Below the pieces are notes generated by a model. It searched no databases, was not told the origin of the DNA, and was given only the letters and a program-made list of their open reading frames with translations. A DNA stretch of 64,000 nucleotides. Source: a bacterium. GTDB lineage: Bacteria > Lernaellota > Lernaellaia > JACKCT01. Shown one piece after another: positions 42,475-53,151 of this stretch. A program made the position numbers and the translations under genes. The first letter of the stretch is position 1, and the number at the start of each line of letters is the position of its first letter. Location of the stretch: contig JAIOHV010000229.1 of assembly GCA_019912885.1 (NCBI GenBank), forward strand, positions 3,846-67,845, read 5' to 3'.

Positions 42475-42774
42475 GGTGCTTTCCTCCTGTATTTGCGGCG
42501 TTGATCGCCGCAAGGCAATTTCAAGCAATTTAAGGACGCGTGTGGTCAATGTCAACCGATCCCGCCCGGTGCAAGGCGCGTTTCGCGCGGCCATCCGCGG
42601 CCGACCAAACACCGCGCCTCACGAGTTTTATCGTGTCAAATCGCGTAAAAATTTGCCGTCAGGGGGTTCACGGCCTGGCACGCGGCGGCGGCGTCTAGGA
42701 ACGCGGCGCTTGTTTGGATATGATTGCTTCTCGTTTCTCCCGGAACTACGCAAGCATGTGTAAGGAATATCACG

Positions 42775-44622
42775 ATGTTTCGCTGCGCCCCTGCCATTCT
42801 CGTCCTGTTTTTGCTGTTCGCCGCCCCGTTTGCCGCCGGCTGTTCCTGCGGCGACGATGACACCGGCGACGACGACCTGGGCGATGACGACACCGGCGAC
42901 GACGACATGGACGACGACGATACCGACGACGACGACGTGGACGAAGACATGGACGATGACGACGCCGTTGACGACGATTCGGCCGACGATGACACCGATC
43001 CTCTCGATCGGGGAGGCCTGATCCCCGGCCCCGCCGATCCCGGTCACGATGCGGCGCTGGAGCTTTTGGCGGCGCGCTACGCGCAGCAGTTCCACGGGTT
43101 CATGACCGTACCGTTCGGCATGTCTCTCGAGGCCTATATCTCGGATCCGGACATGCGTGCCGAGATCGACGACTGGCTCGAAAACTCCGACCTCGACGAG
43201 ACGTTCGAGGAATATTCCGGCATCCACCCGTTCGACAACGCCGACGCCTACGGCGAGCACGGCGACCTCGGCATGTTCGGCGGCATGGCGTCAATCGGCG
43301 ACGTGTTCCGCTATGCGCTCGCGCGCGACCGCGGCGAGACGTTCGAGATCCCGATCGCCGAGTTGCGCCAGAACGTCATCGAGCTGATGGACGCGCTGCA
43401 CGTGTGCGTCGAGATCACGGGAGAGCCGGGCGTGGTGGTGCGCGGCATCCGCAAGATCGCCGAACCCGGACCGTTGCAGACGACCGAGCCGCTGTTCGAT
43501 ATCAACGGCGATCCGTATCCGCCGAACAAGGACGACAACGTCTGGCGCGAGGACAATTCCGGCGCGCATCCCGACTTCATCTGGGAAGACAACACGAGCA
43601 AGGACCAGCTCGACGGGTACATCTTCTCGATGGGCGCGGTGTGGGACATCGTCGCGGACGATCCCGATATTCCGCAGGCGAAAAAGGACGCGCTTATCGC
43701 CGACGCGGCGGCCATCGGCGACATGCTGATGGAGGTCGCGCCGGAGACGGGGCTGGATCTGTCGATTCGCGACGCGGACGGCCGCCTGACGCAATTCCAC
43801 GATATTCACCCACGCGACATGGGCTCGTTCGTCATCCCCGAATTTCTCGGCGTCGGCAACGGCTTCAACGCGCTGATGGCGCTTGGCATCGTCAAGACGA
43901 TCGCGTTCATCACGGGCGAGGAGCGGTTCAGGGATTTCTTCGCGGAGATGATCGAGGATCGCGGGTTCCTTGACTACGTGGACCAGACGGTCTTTCTGAC
44001 CAACAACGGACCGCTGACGAACTGGTCGAACGTCAACATGATGTTCGTGGCGATTTATCCGCTGCTGCGCTACGAGGCCGATCGCGATTTGCGCGCGTAT
44101 TGGCAAAAGGTGATGGCCGACGATCTGTGGGGCAGCCGCTTTTCGGACTGGGCCGTGTCCAACTCGCATCAGGCGTTTTTCGGCTTGATCTGGGCGTCGT
44201 TCAAAAACGGGGCGACGGACGACGCGGAGGCCGATACAGCCGCGTACGATCTCGCGGGCTTCAAGACGCCGCCGTACTGGCACGCGCCCAAAATCGTGAA
44301 CTGCGACGATGACGAGCTGGCCGCGGGCGAGTGCCTGGCGATCGACGGCACCACGATCATCACGCTTGCGGGTTACACGGATACGCACGGCGTCTTCCAT
44401 GCGTATCCCACGCACACCGGCGATCCGATTTCAACGGACCCGCTGCCGCGCACGATCCGGCCGCCGAGTAACTTCGACTGGCGTTCGCCGCCGTATGACG
44501 TCAACGGCGGCGGCGGCGTGCGCCTGAATCCCGGCGGCGATTTCCACGGCGCATATTGGCTTGGCCGGTTTATGCGACGCTCGAACGACACCGCGATCAA
44601 CGTCTCGCCGCGGGCGTGGTGA
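42775..44622 (+). CDS. Lipoprotein with N-terminal poly-Asp linker and large unassigned C-terminal domain
   Basis: Translation MFRCAPAILVLFLLFAAPFAAGC|SCGDDDTGDDDLGDDDTGDDDMDDDDTDDDDVDEDMDDDDAVDDDSADDDTD... shows a lipobox (FAAGC) followed by about 55 aa that is more than 70% Asp. The remaining 540 aa is unassigned (possibly alpha-helical hydrolase-like). Confidence 0.7.
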   Translation: MFRCAPAILVLFLLFAAPFAAGCSCGDDDTGDDDLGDDDTGDDDMDDDDTDDDDVDEDMDDDDAVDDDSADDDTDPLDRGGLIPGPADPGHDAALELLAARYAQQFHGFMTVPFGMSLEAYISDPDMRAEIDDWLENSDLDETFEEYSGIHPFDNADAYGEHGDLGMFGGMASIGDVFRYALARDRGETFEIPIAELRQNVIELMDALHVCVEITGEPGVVVRGIRKIAEPGPLQTTEPLFDINGDPYPPNKDDNVWREDNSGAHPDFIWEDNTSKDQLDGYIFSMGAVWDIVADDPDIPQAKKDALIADAAAIGDMLMEVAPETGLDLSIRDADGRLTQFHDIHPRDMGSFVIPEFLGVGNGFNALMALGIVKTIAFITGEERFRDFFAEMIEDRGFLDYVDQTVFLTNNGPLTNWSNVNMMFVAIYPLLRYEADRDLRAYWQKVMADDLWGSRFSDWAVSNSHQAFFGLIWASFKNGATDDAEADTAAYDLAGFKTPPYWHAPKIVNCDDDELAAGECLAIDGTTIITLAGYTDTHGVFHAYPTHTGDPISTDPLPRTIRPPSNFDWRSPPYDVNGGGGVRLNPGGDFHGAYWLGRFMRRSNDTAINVSPRAW

Positions 44623-46271
44623 AAAACGCGCGCGAGGACGCGGCTTTCGCGCCGAAAACGCGCGCGGTCGTCGCGATCGCCGTCGTGCTCGGCGCGGTGG
44701 CGATGGCGCATCTGGTCGAGCGCGCGATCAACCGAAAATACAACGGCGACGAGTTGCAGCACGCGCACGCGGTGTATCGCGTCGCACAAGGTGATCTACC
44801 GTTCCGCGATTTTTTCGAGCACCACCCGCCCGCGCTTTACTACGCGTCCGTTCCGCTCTACGAAATTTTCGCGCGCGATCCGCGCACGATGACGGCGCTG
44901 CGTTTCCTGATGCTCGCGTGCGTCGCCGCGACATTCGCCGCGCTGTTTGCGACGGCGTATCGCACCACGCAATCCGTCGCGCTCGCCGGCGTCGCGGGCA
45001 TCGCCTTTTTGTGGTGCACGGTCGTGCTCGACAAGGGCATCGAGTTTCGCCCCGACGGTCCGGCGACCGCGCTCATCGCGTGGGCGATTTATTTTCAGGC
45101 GACGAGCGGCGACACGCGACGGCGCTCGATCGTCGCGGCGCTTTTCTGGGGCCTGGCGCTGACGTTCACGCCCAAAGCCCTGTTCGCGTTTGCCGGCGCG
45201 ACGCTGTTTGAGATCGCGCGGAACGCCTTTGGTAGACGCAATGATGCGTCCGTACCCGCTCCCTTATCCTTCGCTTCCGCTCAGGACAAGCTCACGCGGT
45301 TTCAAACGCGAGAGATAGCGGTCTGGTTTGTCGCGGCCGCCGTTCCCGCGCTGCCGTGGGCGGTCGGTTACGCGCTCGCCGAGCCGCGGTCGATCCCCGA
45401 CCCGTGGTACGCGCCCGAGTTCGTGCGGGCGCTGCCCGGCGCGCTGCCCGCGATGGTCGATCGCCTGATCTTCTGGAACGCGAACTGGGCCAACACGTTC
45501 AGCCCGTTCGCGACGTTCGCGGACGTAGCGCGCGAAAATGCGGCGCTGGTTTTGTTTTCGATACTCGGCGTCGCGCTCGCGTTGCGCACCTTTGCGCAAA
45601 CTCGCGTCGCCGGTCCGCCGCTGCTATTCGCGCTCGTGCTCGCGTGCGGCGGCGCGGGGGCGTTCGCCGTGCACGTTCCCTACGCGCAATACTGGCTGTT
45701 GCTCGTCCCCGCGGCGGCGCTCGCCGCGACGCACGCCATCCACATTCTCGTGACGCGAGCGAATCTCGCCTTCATCGCCCGGGCGTACGGCATCCCCGAT
45801 CCGCCGGACGATCTTGAGTCCGCCTCCCCACGGATCGCGCAAGGACGACGGGGGACGGGGCTATTGGTCGGCGCGGCGCTGATCACGTCGCTCGGCATGG
45901 GCACGCTGGCGCGTCCGCTGCAAGGCCCGGCGGAATCGAACGCGAATCAGCGCGCGGCGATTTCGTTTTTTGTGAACGAGGTCGATCCGGCGTGGCCGGT
46001 GATGGGCGCGTGGACGGGCTGGGCCGCGTTCAATCCCACCGCGTCGTACTACCACTTCCTGCATCTGGAGGTGCGCAAGATGTTGCCGTTGCCGGTGCAA
46101 CGGGACGGCGGGCTCGCGGCGCTATCGCGCGCCAGGCTCGTGATCCGCGACGAGGAATTCGATCGGCTGCCGCGCGAAGTGATCGAAACGCTCGAACGCG
46201 ACTTCGTGCCGTTCACCGGGCCGATCTGGGCGTCACGGGACGTCGTTTCAAGGAAGAGACTGGAAGGCTGA
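44619..46271 (+). CDS. Polytopic membrane protein, GT-C/PMT_2-like (putative glycosyl- or mannosyltransferase)
   Basis: More than 10 TM helices are present. The first extracytoplasmic loop carries ...YNGDELQHAHAVYRVAQGDLPFRDFFEHHPPALYY..., a DE-containing motif typical of the ArnT/PMT GT-C superfamily. A GTG start overlaps the upstream stop (GTGA). Confidence 0.55.
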   Translation: MKNAREDAAFAPKTRAVVAIAVVLGAVAMAHLVERAINRKYNGDELQHAHAVYRVAQGDLPFRDFFEHHPPALYYASVPLYEIFARDPRTMTALRFLMLACVAATFAALFATAYRTTQSVALAGVAGIAFLWCTVVLDKGIEFRPDGPATALIAWAIYFQATSGDTRRRSIVAALFWGLALTFTPKALFAFAGATLFEIARNAFGRRNDASVPAPLSFASAQDKLTRFQTREIAVWFVAAAVPALPWAVGYALAEPRSIPDPWYAPEFVRALPGALPAMVDRLIFWNANWANTFSPFATFADVARENAALVLFSILGVALALRTFAQTRVAGPPLLFALVLACGGAGAFAVHVPYAQYWLLLVPAAALAATHAIHILVTRANLAFIARAYGIPDPPDDLESASPRIAQGRRGTGLLVGAALITSLGMGTLARPLQGPAESNANQRAAISFFVNEVDPAWPVMGAWTGWAAFNPTASYYHFLHLEVRKMLPLPVQRDGGLAALSRARLVIRDEEFDRLPREVIETLERDFVPFTGPIWASRDVVSRKRLEG

Positions 46272-46362
46272 AAGGCTGGAAGTCTGAAAGGTCATCTCGG
46301 GCCTGCGGTAGGCTTTATCGTCGATCTCTCTCCGCGCACTCCGCGCCTGGGCGTGAACCCTG

Positions 46363-48915
46363 TCAGCACGCGCAGCCGCTGTCGTGTTCGTCCACATCGT
46401 CGGGTTCGAGGTCCGGCGCGATGTCCTGGCCGTCATCGTCCGTGTCGTCGTCGTCATCGCTGCCGCGATCGAATGGCGGGGGGTCGGATACCGCGTCGCT
46501 CTTTGGCGTCGCCGTGATCGCGATATCGCGGAAGGCGTAGCCGCTTGCGTCACGCGCCACGACAATGCCGTGATACGTGCCCGCGTGCGCCGGCGTGAAC
46601 GATAGCACGCCGCCGAAAACGTCCGCGCCGGGCATGCCGTAAACGTCGACCCGCGCGGCGCTCGACGCCTGGTATCGATACGTGGCGCCGACCTCCACAA
46701 ACGCGCGTTCGGGCGCGCCGATCGCCGGCGCGACGAATTCGGTGGCTTCCGGCAGGCGGTCGATCAAAAAGAAGCGCAGCAAATCGACGACGAACAGGCT
46801 GAGCTGGTAGCGGTCGCCGATGGCCAGGCCCGCGAACAGGTTCGACACGTCGAGCAGCGCCGGGTCGGGCGCGCCGGCCAGGTGCGTTCCGTACCACGCG
46901 AGCAGGTACAGAAGCTGATAGCCCTCGTGCGTGAGCCGGTCGGCGGGATACCACAGATCATCCACAAGCGACGGGTCGAGCGCCGAATGGTGCAGGCGAT
47001 TTTGCGCCGTCGCCATTGATGCCGCGTACGCGACAAGATCGCCGCCCGCCGCGATCGTCGAGTTCGGGTCGCCCGCGGACACCGCTTGTTTGAACGCCGC
47101 GACGTGCGCCTCCATGACGCCGTTCGATGGAAACGCCACGCCGCGCACGCCCGAACCGCCGTTGCCGTCGAACGCGAGCGCGAGGAATTGCAGAAGCTGT
47201 TCGTCGAACGCATGCGCGCCTTCCATCCCGGCGGCGCGCGCTCGCGCGAGGTTCGTGTCGTAGCCGTCCGGATCGCGCAGATTGTCCGCGTAGCTCGGCA
47301 CGATGAGGCGATCGGCCGCGCCGAGGATCATGGGGTTCGCGACCAGGCCGCCGATCGCGTCCACGAGATCCGGCGCGCGGCCGGTGAGCGGCCGCAGGTA
47401 CACCTTGGCGACGAAGGCATCGCCGCCATCGGTGGCATGCTCGTTGTCCCAGATGACCACCTCGCGCCCGACGCGCGCGTTTACGTCGGCGAGGTCCGCG
47501 GCGGCAAGCGTCTGGCTGAACGTTTCCGTGCCGGTCCACATCACGCCGATGTCCGGGTGCAGGGCGAAAAGCGTATCGAGATAATCGTCGCCGCCCGCCC
47601 AGCTCTCCTGGCGGTTTGTCGAATACACCGTCGGCACGACGAGCATCGCAACGCGCTCGCCGGCCATGTCCGAAAGCGTCAGCCGCAGCCAGTTCGCGAG
47701 GTCGGTGTGCTTTGCGCCAAGCGCGCCGTCGACCGGCTCGGCCAGGTCGAACTCGATGTCGTCGAGCAGCAGCGTGAAATGGCGAAAGCCCGCGTCGACG
47801 AACGGCGCGAGCTTGCCGATGAGCGTCGCGCGCTCGGCCTCGTCTTCCATCGCCATGTCTTTGCCGGGGCTGATGCCGAACGAAAACGTGACGCCGACGC
47901 GCTCGCCCAGCCGGTGCAGTTCCGCGAAACGCGCGATGTCCTCGTCCGGATACGGTGTGCGCCACTCGTCGCGATGCAGCGGATCGTTTTTCGGGCCGTA
48001 GATGTAGAGCCCAAGCCCCGCGCGTCCGAGCAGGCGCATCATCGCGCGGCGCTCGGAGTGCGTCCACGGCGTGCCGTAAAAGCCCTCGACGACGCCACTT
48101 TGCGCGAAAACCGGCTCGATGCGCCACGGGATCTCCACGCGCGTCGTGCGGCTTTCCGTTCCGTCGGCGCGCAGTGTCACGATGACGGCTTCCGCGTTCG
48201 CGAAATCCGGCAGCGGGCCGTCCCACGTCTCGCGCGCGGGAAATTCGTCGATGAGATTTTCCGGCGTCGGCGCGTCGCCGAAATCCGTGTAATGAACGCG
48301 CACGATCTGCGGCGCGTTCGCGCTATCGGCAAGCGTGAAGGCGAGATGCAGCGCGCCGTCCGTTTCGGTGACGACGACGCTTCGCGCCGAGGCGGGCGGC
48401 ACGCCAAGCTCACGCGCGAACACGCGCAGCCTCACGAGCGCGGCGGGGCCGGCGTCGTACATCGTCAGCGTGACGCACCTGGCAACCTTGCCGGCGCCAA
48501 AAACGATGTCGTCATTCGGCGCGACGATGACCTCGTCGTTCGCGAGCGCGCCGCAATACGAAAACGCTCGCGCCTGGATGCCGCCGCCCGGCGGAGGGTT
48601 CCAGTCCATCTCCACGCGATCGGGCACGAAGCCGTCCGGCAGGAGCGGCGCGAAATCAAGCGTCAGCGTGACGCGCCCCTGGCGAGCGGGCTTCCACGAC
48701 GTGTCGCCGCGCTCGTCGCGGATGGTGTACGCCGCGTCCTCGCGCTCGTTCGGCCAGAAGCCGAGGAAGGTTTCGTGCGTGCGGTCGGCGACGATGCGGG
48801 CGTAAGGCGCCAGGTCGATCGGTTCCGATGACGCGGGCGTCGCCGCAAGAAGCATCGCGAACAACGCGGCGACAACACCCGTCGCGCTTCGCAAATTCAG
48901 CAACCGCATCCGCAT
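46363..48915 (-). CDS. Secreted GH84-family beta-N-acetylglucosaminidase-like (O-GlcNAcase-type) protein with C-terminal poly-Asp tail ending GCAC
   Basis: The signal peptide is MRMRLLNLRSATGVVAALFAMLLAATPASS. The catalytic-domain hallmark is SGVVEGFYGTPWTHSERRAMMRLLGRAGLGLYIYGPKND. The C-terminus reads ...DRGSDDDDDTDDDGQDIAPDLEPDDVDEHDSGCAC*. Confidence 0.75.
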   Translation of the reverse strand: MRMRLLNLRSATGVVAALFAMLLAATPASSEPIDLAPYARIVADRTHETFLGFWPNEREDAAYTIRDERGDTSWKPARQGRVTLTLDFAPLLPDGFVPDRVEMDWNPPPGGGIQARAFSYCGALANDEVIVAPNDDIVFGAGKVARCVTLTMYDAGPAALVRLRVFARELGVPPASARSVVVTETDGALHLAFTLADSANAPQIVRVHYTDFGDAPTPENLIDEFPARETWDGPLPDFANAEAVIVTLRADGTESRTTRVEIPWRIEPVFAQSGVVEGFYGTPWTHSERRAMMRLLGRAGLGLYIYGPKNDPLHRDEWRTPYPDEDIARFAELHRLGERVGVTFSFGISPGKDMAMEDEAERATLIGKLAPFVDAGFRHFTLLLDDIEFDLAEPVDGALGAKHTDLANWLRLTLSDMAGERVAMLVVPTVYSTNRQESWAGGDDYLDTLFALHPDIGVMWTGTETFSQTLAAADLADVNARVGREVVIWDNEHATDGGDAFVAKVYLRPLTGRAPDLVDAIGGLVANPMILGAADRLIVPSYADNLRDPDGYDTNLARARAAGMEGAHAFDEQLLQFLALAFDGNGGSGVRGVAFPSNGVMEAHVAAFKQAVSAGDPNSTIAAGGDLVAYAASMATAQNRLHHSALDPSLVDDLWYPADRLTHEGYQLLYLLAWYGTHLAGAPDPALLDVSNLFAGLAIGDRYQLSLFVVDLLRFFLIDRLPEATEFVAPAIGAPERAFVEVGATYRYQASSAARVDVYGMPGADVFGGVLSFTPAHAGTYHGIVVARDASGYAFRDIAITATPKSDAVSDPPPFDRGSDDDDDTDDDGQDIAPDLEPDDVDEHDSGCAC

Positions 48916-51110
48916 CCTCCGTCATCGTCGTCGTCATCGTCATTCCAACAATCGGGACAGCCATCCCAAGCGTAGTCGTCATCGTCTGCGTTCCCGCTAT
49001 CGTCGTCGCCCATGTCATCATCAGTCGTATCGTCATCCACGTCGTCATCCGGCGGCATCGGCCCCAGGCCGCCGAACGCGCGGTAGGGTGCGTACGCCGC
49101 GGCGAGCGCATTGGCCGCGGGCTTCCACGTCGTGCGATCCATGTGGATGAGGCCCATCGACTGAAGGGGCGTGGCAAAAAATTCCGGCAGGCCATTTTTC
49201 GTAAACCAGTTGAACGCCGTCCACCAGCTCGTGCCCGCGAGGATTCCATCGGGGTTCACCTCGCCCTCCTCGGTCAACGCGGCGATCTCGGCAAACGCCA
49301 CCCACGTGTCGTCGAAGACATCCTTCTGCTTTTGCGCCTCGGAGTCGTCGGCCTCCGACCAGTAGCCGAACTCGGTCGCCACCATCGGCACGTCGGGGAA
49401 ACGCGCCTGGTGTTCGGCGACGAACGCCAGCGTGTCGGCGTACGGATCGTCGTCGTAGAAAACGCCGTAGTACATCGTCCATCCGGCGAGATCGAGATCG
49501 TTCACCGTTGCCGCGAGGATCTGCCAGCCCAGGTCCGCGGCCGGCGACTGGCTGACGATGCGGCCATCGTCGTACGCCGCGTGATCGTCGATGAGCGACG
49601 CGTTGTAGTCGCGGATCTGCGGCGTGAACACGAATGGGCACTCGTTCATCGTACCCCACACGAGGATCGACGGGCGCGAAAGGCCCATGAACACCATCTC
49701 GCGGAACATCTGTTGCGGCACGCGGCGATACGTCTGATAGCCCCAGTTCCAGCCCATCATCCAGTACACCGGCAGCTCGGTCCAAACCGCCAGGCCCATG
49801 CGATCGGTGAGCAGGTACGTGTACGGATGATTGGGGTAGTGGCCCGTGCGCAGGAAGATCGCGTTGAGATCGAGGATGACGTCGAGGTCGTCGCGGATGC
49901 GTTCAAACGTCGCGGTGCGGCCGGTGTCCGGCCACTCCTCGTGCCGCGCCACGCCGGGGAAAAACGCGACGCGATCGTTCACGAACATCTTGCCCTCGCG
50001 CGCGTCCACGGTACGCACGCCGAACTGGTTGTGGCGTTCGTCGGCGAGCGCGCCGTCGATCTCGAGCGTCGAACGCAGCACATAAAGATTCGGTTCGTTC
50101 GGGGTCCATAGCGCGACATCCTCGATTCGCGGAACCAGATGCACGACGCGGACGCCACCCGGTGGAATCGTCACGAATGTCGCGGCGCCGCCCGACAACA
50201 CCGCCGCCTCGCCCGCGATCGCCGAAGCGCGCGGATCGCCAAGCCATGCGCCGCCTGTGCGATCGGCGATGAGCGCCTCGATGCCCACCCGCGCATCGAC
50301 GGCGTTGGCGCCGCTATTCGCGACGACGATGCGCACGTCGATCAAACCGCGCCGGCCGACCGGCCGCACGTCGGCACGGACGATGTGAACGGCGGGCAGC
50401 GATTCGAGGTAGATGTCTTGCAACACGCCCGTATAGCTCCACCAGTCCATCAGAAACCACGCGGGGATGGCGTCCTGGCGCGCGCCGGGAAACGGCTTGT
50501 CGATGCGGATCGCAAATACGATCTGCTCGCCCGGCACGACGTGCGGTGTCACGTCGAACGCGAACGGCAGATCGCCGCCTTCGTGCACGCCGGCCCATTC
50601 TCCGTTCACCCACAGATCCGTGATGTAGTTCGCGCCCAGGCACACGAGACGCACCACCTCGTCGAAGTCCGCGGGCACGTCGATCGCGCGGCGATACCAA
50701 ACACCGCCGTGGTAGCCCTCGGGGATGCCGGACTCGTCTCCCGCGAGATCGCCCTCGTGGCCCGGTAGTTCGCGCGTCGCCCACGCGGAGTCGTCGTAGT
50801 CCGATTCGAATCGGCCGGCTGCTTCGGCTTCGAGCGCGGCGATACCGTCCGCGTCGCGCGCGCCGAACGAGATGTCATGATCCAGATCGACGCGCTCGCG
50901 TTTCCACGTACCGGAAAGGTCGAGCGTATCGTGATCCTGCGGATCGAAATCGGGCAGCGGCACGCCCGATTGAAACGGCACGGGGAAGCCGTCGATCCAT
51001 TCGATGGAAAACGTCGGCGCCAGGTCGCCTGGCGCGCTCGCAAGGGCCGGCGCGGGAAGGCCGACCGCAAGCCATAACGTCGCCATCACACGCGCCCGAA
51101 TGCATTTCAT
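48897..51110 (-). CDS. Secreted GH2-family glycoside hydrolase with C-terminal poly-Asp/Cys tail (…GGCGCGC)
   Basis: The signal peptide is MKCIRARVMATLWLAVGLPAPALA. GH2 features are NEPNLYVLRSTLEIDG... and the acid/base motif VWGTMNECP, with TIM-barrel region ...RTGHYPNHPYTYLLTDRMGLAVWTELP. The C-terminus reads ...DDDVDDDTTDDDMGDDDSGNADDDDYAWDGCPDCWNDDDDDDDGGCGCGC*. The track ORF extends to 51134. Confidence 0.75.
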   Translation of the reverse strand: MKCIRARVMATLWLAVGLPAPALASAPGDLAPTFSIEWIDGFPVPFQSGVPLPDFDPQDHDTLDLSGTWKRERVDLDHDISFGARDADGIAALEAEAAGRFESDYDDSAWATRELPGHEGDLAGDESGIPEGYHGGVWYRRAIDVPADFDEVVRLVCLGANYITDLWVNGEWAGVHEGGDLPFAFDVTPHVVPGEQIVFAIRIDKPFPGARQDAIPAWFLMDWWSYTGVLQDIYLESLPAVHIVRADVRPVGRRGLIDVRIVVANSGANAVDARVGIEALIADRTGGAWLGDPRASAIAGEAAVLSGGAATFVTIPPGGVRVVHLVPRIEDVALWTPNEPNLYVLRSTLEIDGALADERHNQFGVRTVDAREGKMFVNDRVAFFPGVARHEEWPDTGRTATFERIRDDLDVILDLNAIFLRTGHYPNHPYTYLLTDRMGLAVWTELPVYWMMGWNWGYQTYRRVPQQMFREMVFMGLSRPSILVWGTMNECPFVFTPQIRDYNASLIDDHAAYDDGRIVSQSPAADLGWQILAATVNDLDLAGWTMYYGVFYDDDPYADTLAFVAEHQARFPDVPMVATEFGYWSEADDSEAQKQKDVFDDTWVAFAEIAALTEEGEVNPDGILAGTSWWTAFNWFTKNGLPEFFATPLQSMGLIHMDRTTWKPAANALAAAYAPYRAFGGLGPMPPDDDVDDDTTDDDMGDDDSGNADDDDYAWDGCPDCWNDDDDDDDGGCGCGC

Positions 51111-51134
51111 GGCCGGCATGATATCAGACTCCAA

Positions 51135-53114
51135 CTATTTGGAAGCACCGAGAAGCGCGAGATTCTCGCGGGCGGGCGCGAAGTTCGGATCGACCCAGAT
51201 CGCGTGCTCGAACGCCTTGCGCGCCCCGGCCGGATCGCCGGTGCGAAGGCGCGCGACGCCGAGATTCGTCCAGGTCGAGGCGTCCCACGCCCCGTAGATC
51301 ACCGCGCGCTCCAGGTGCGCGCGCCCCGCGCCGACGTTATCCGCCTCGAGCGCGAACAGCCCAAGCAGCGCGTGGCAGCTTCCGTTTTTTTCGTCGGTAT
51401 CGACGCACGCCCTCGCCGCCTCGATCGAGGCTTCGCGCGCGCCGGCCTGCCGCGCGACCGTGGCGAGCATGAACAGGTTGTGCGTGTCGGCAACGTCGGC
51501 CACGGCGCGGCGCGCCTCGGAAAGCGCTTGCACGAGCGTGGCCTCGCCGGCGCCGCGAAGGCCATACATCGGCTCCCACGGTTTGAGCGTGCGAAACGCG
51601 CGCTCGCTCAGATCGGCGGTGGCCGGTTCGACGTGCGCCAGCACGATCGCGCGCCGGTCGATCCACACAAGCTCCCAGTGCGGCGCGTCGACGATCTCGC
51701 GCTCGATCGCCATCAGGGGCTTGGGTTCGTATGGGCCCTTGTTCGCCAAAAGCGCGACAGGGATGCCTTTGGCGGCCAGCCACTCTGGAAACTTTTCGCG
51801 CGGCAACAATTCGAATAGGTGCCGCTGCGCCTCGAATCGGGTGTCCCAAAACGCCGACAGGCGCGGCCAGGCGCGCCACTCGACGTACCCGCCGAACGCG
51901 ATGTCGTTGTACAGGCGCAGGTCGGCGGCCTCGCGTTCGAGAAATGTCACCGCGTCGCAAGGCAGGCGCGAGCAATCGATCCCCGCGCCCCATGCCGGCA
52001 GCGTGCGATGGGCGTGCACGAACCCCGCGGCGAGCACGGCGGCCGACAACACCGGCACGAGTCGCTGGCGCGAGATACGCTCGACGATACCCGCGAACGG
52101 CCGGTCCGCGAGAACCTCGAAATAAAGCGGCACGGCGACGACGGCGAAATCGCCGACGAAACGCACCGTCTTTAACGCCACCAGGCCGAAAACCCAAAAC
52201 GCGGCAAGCGAAAACCACCGGCCGCGCCGGATCGCGAACGGCGTCGCGATCGCGCCGGCCGCGAGCATCCCGAAGAATTCCGGATGCAGCGCGAAACTCG
52301 TGGCGACCTCCTCATCCGTCGCGACGAGCTTGTTGTACTGCGTGAGGTTGTACCAGAGCCGCGCGTAGTTGAAGCCCGGATGCATCGTCGAAAACACCGA
52401 AACGACCGCGACGAGCAGAAACGTGCCGAGAAGCACGCGCGTTTTCATCGTGAGCGCCCGCGCGCGTCCATCCGCGATCGCCGAGATCGCGAACGCGAGC
52501 CCCGAAAGAAAAACCCCAAGCGCGACGAGCGGATGGCTGTTCGCCCACACCGCGCCCAACAGCGGCAACGCCGCGAAGACGCGGAAGTCGGCATCCTTTT
52601 GGCGCATCGCGCGCACGAGAAAAAACATGAACGCCGCGAGCATCAGGTACGTAATCATGAAGGGGCGGATCTGGAGCCGAAACCGGATGACCAAAAACGA
52701 CGCGACGAGAATCGGCGCGACGATCGCCGGCGCCAGGCCAACGGACCGCCCAAGCCGCCAGAGGAACGCGTAGATGCCGACAAAGACAAGCGACTGAAAA
52801 AGGATGAGGCCGGTAACGTTGACGGAATCCAGGCGCGAGAGGCCATAAAGCACGATCTCGATCAACCAGTCGTGATGCTTGATGACGCGGCCGTCGTTCG
52901 TGTGCGTCACGACGCTGGGGAACGCCAGCTCGCCGCGCTCGAGAATCTGCTCGCCCGTCTTGACGTGCCAGAACAGGTCGTAATCGTGCACCTTCAGGAA
53001 CGTGACGAACAAAAGCGCGCCGAAAAAAATCGCGGCGAGATATTCGGACGAAAGGCGCACGGTCGCGGGCGCGCGCGCCACGTCGCCGGTTGCGTTGGGA
53101 GGTTGAGCGTTCAT
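51135..53114 (-). CDS. Polytopic membrane protein with C-terminal TPR repeats (TMTC/PMT-like GT-C candidate)
   Basis: About 11 TM helices in the N-terminal 400 aa are followed by TPR-like repeats (...AGRAHLERAVIYGAWDASTWTNLGVARLRTGDPAGARKAFEHAIWVDPNFAPARENLALL). The start is ATG (cat 53112-53114). Confidence 0.6.
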   Translation of the reverse strand: MNAQPPNATGDVARAPATVRLSSEYLAAIFFGALLFVTFLKVHDYDLFWHVKTGEQILERGELAFPSVVTHTNDGRVIKHHDWLIEIVLYGLSRLDSVNVTGLILFQSLVFVGIYAFLWRLGRSVGLAPAIVAPILVASFLVIRFRLQIRPFMITYLMLAAFMFFLVRAMRQKDADFRVFAALPLLGAVWANSHPLVALGVFLSGLAFAISAIADGRARALTMKTRVLLGTFLLVAVVSVFSTMHPGFNYARLWYNLTQYNKLVATDEEVATSFALHPEFFGMLAAGAIATPFAIRRGRWFSLAAFWVFGLVALKTVRFVGDFAVVAVPLYFEVLADRPFAGIVERISRQRLVPVLSAAVLAAGFVHAHRTLPAWGAGIDCSRLPCDAVTFLEREAADLRLYNDIAFGGYVEWRAWPRLSAFWDTRFEAQRHLFELLPREKFPEWLAAKGIPVALLANKGPYEPKPLMAIEREIVDAPHWELVWIDRRAIVLAHVEPATADLSERAFRTLKPWEPMYGLRGAGEATLVQALSEARRAVADVADTHNLFMLATVARQAGAREASIEAARACVDTDEKNGSCHALLGLFALEADNVGAGRAHLERAVIYGAWDASTWTNLGVARLRTGDPAGARKAFEHAIWVDPNFAPARENLALLGASK

Positions 53115-53151
53115 GCGTTTGAAACGGCGCCAAGTGTAGTAGGCTCGGCTC

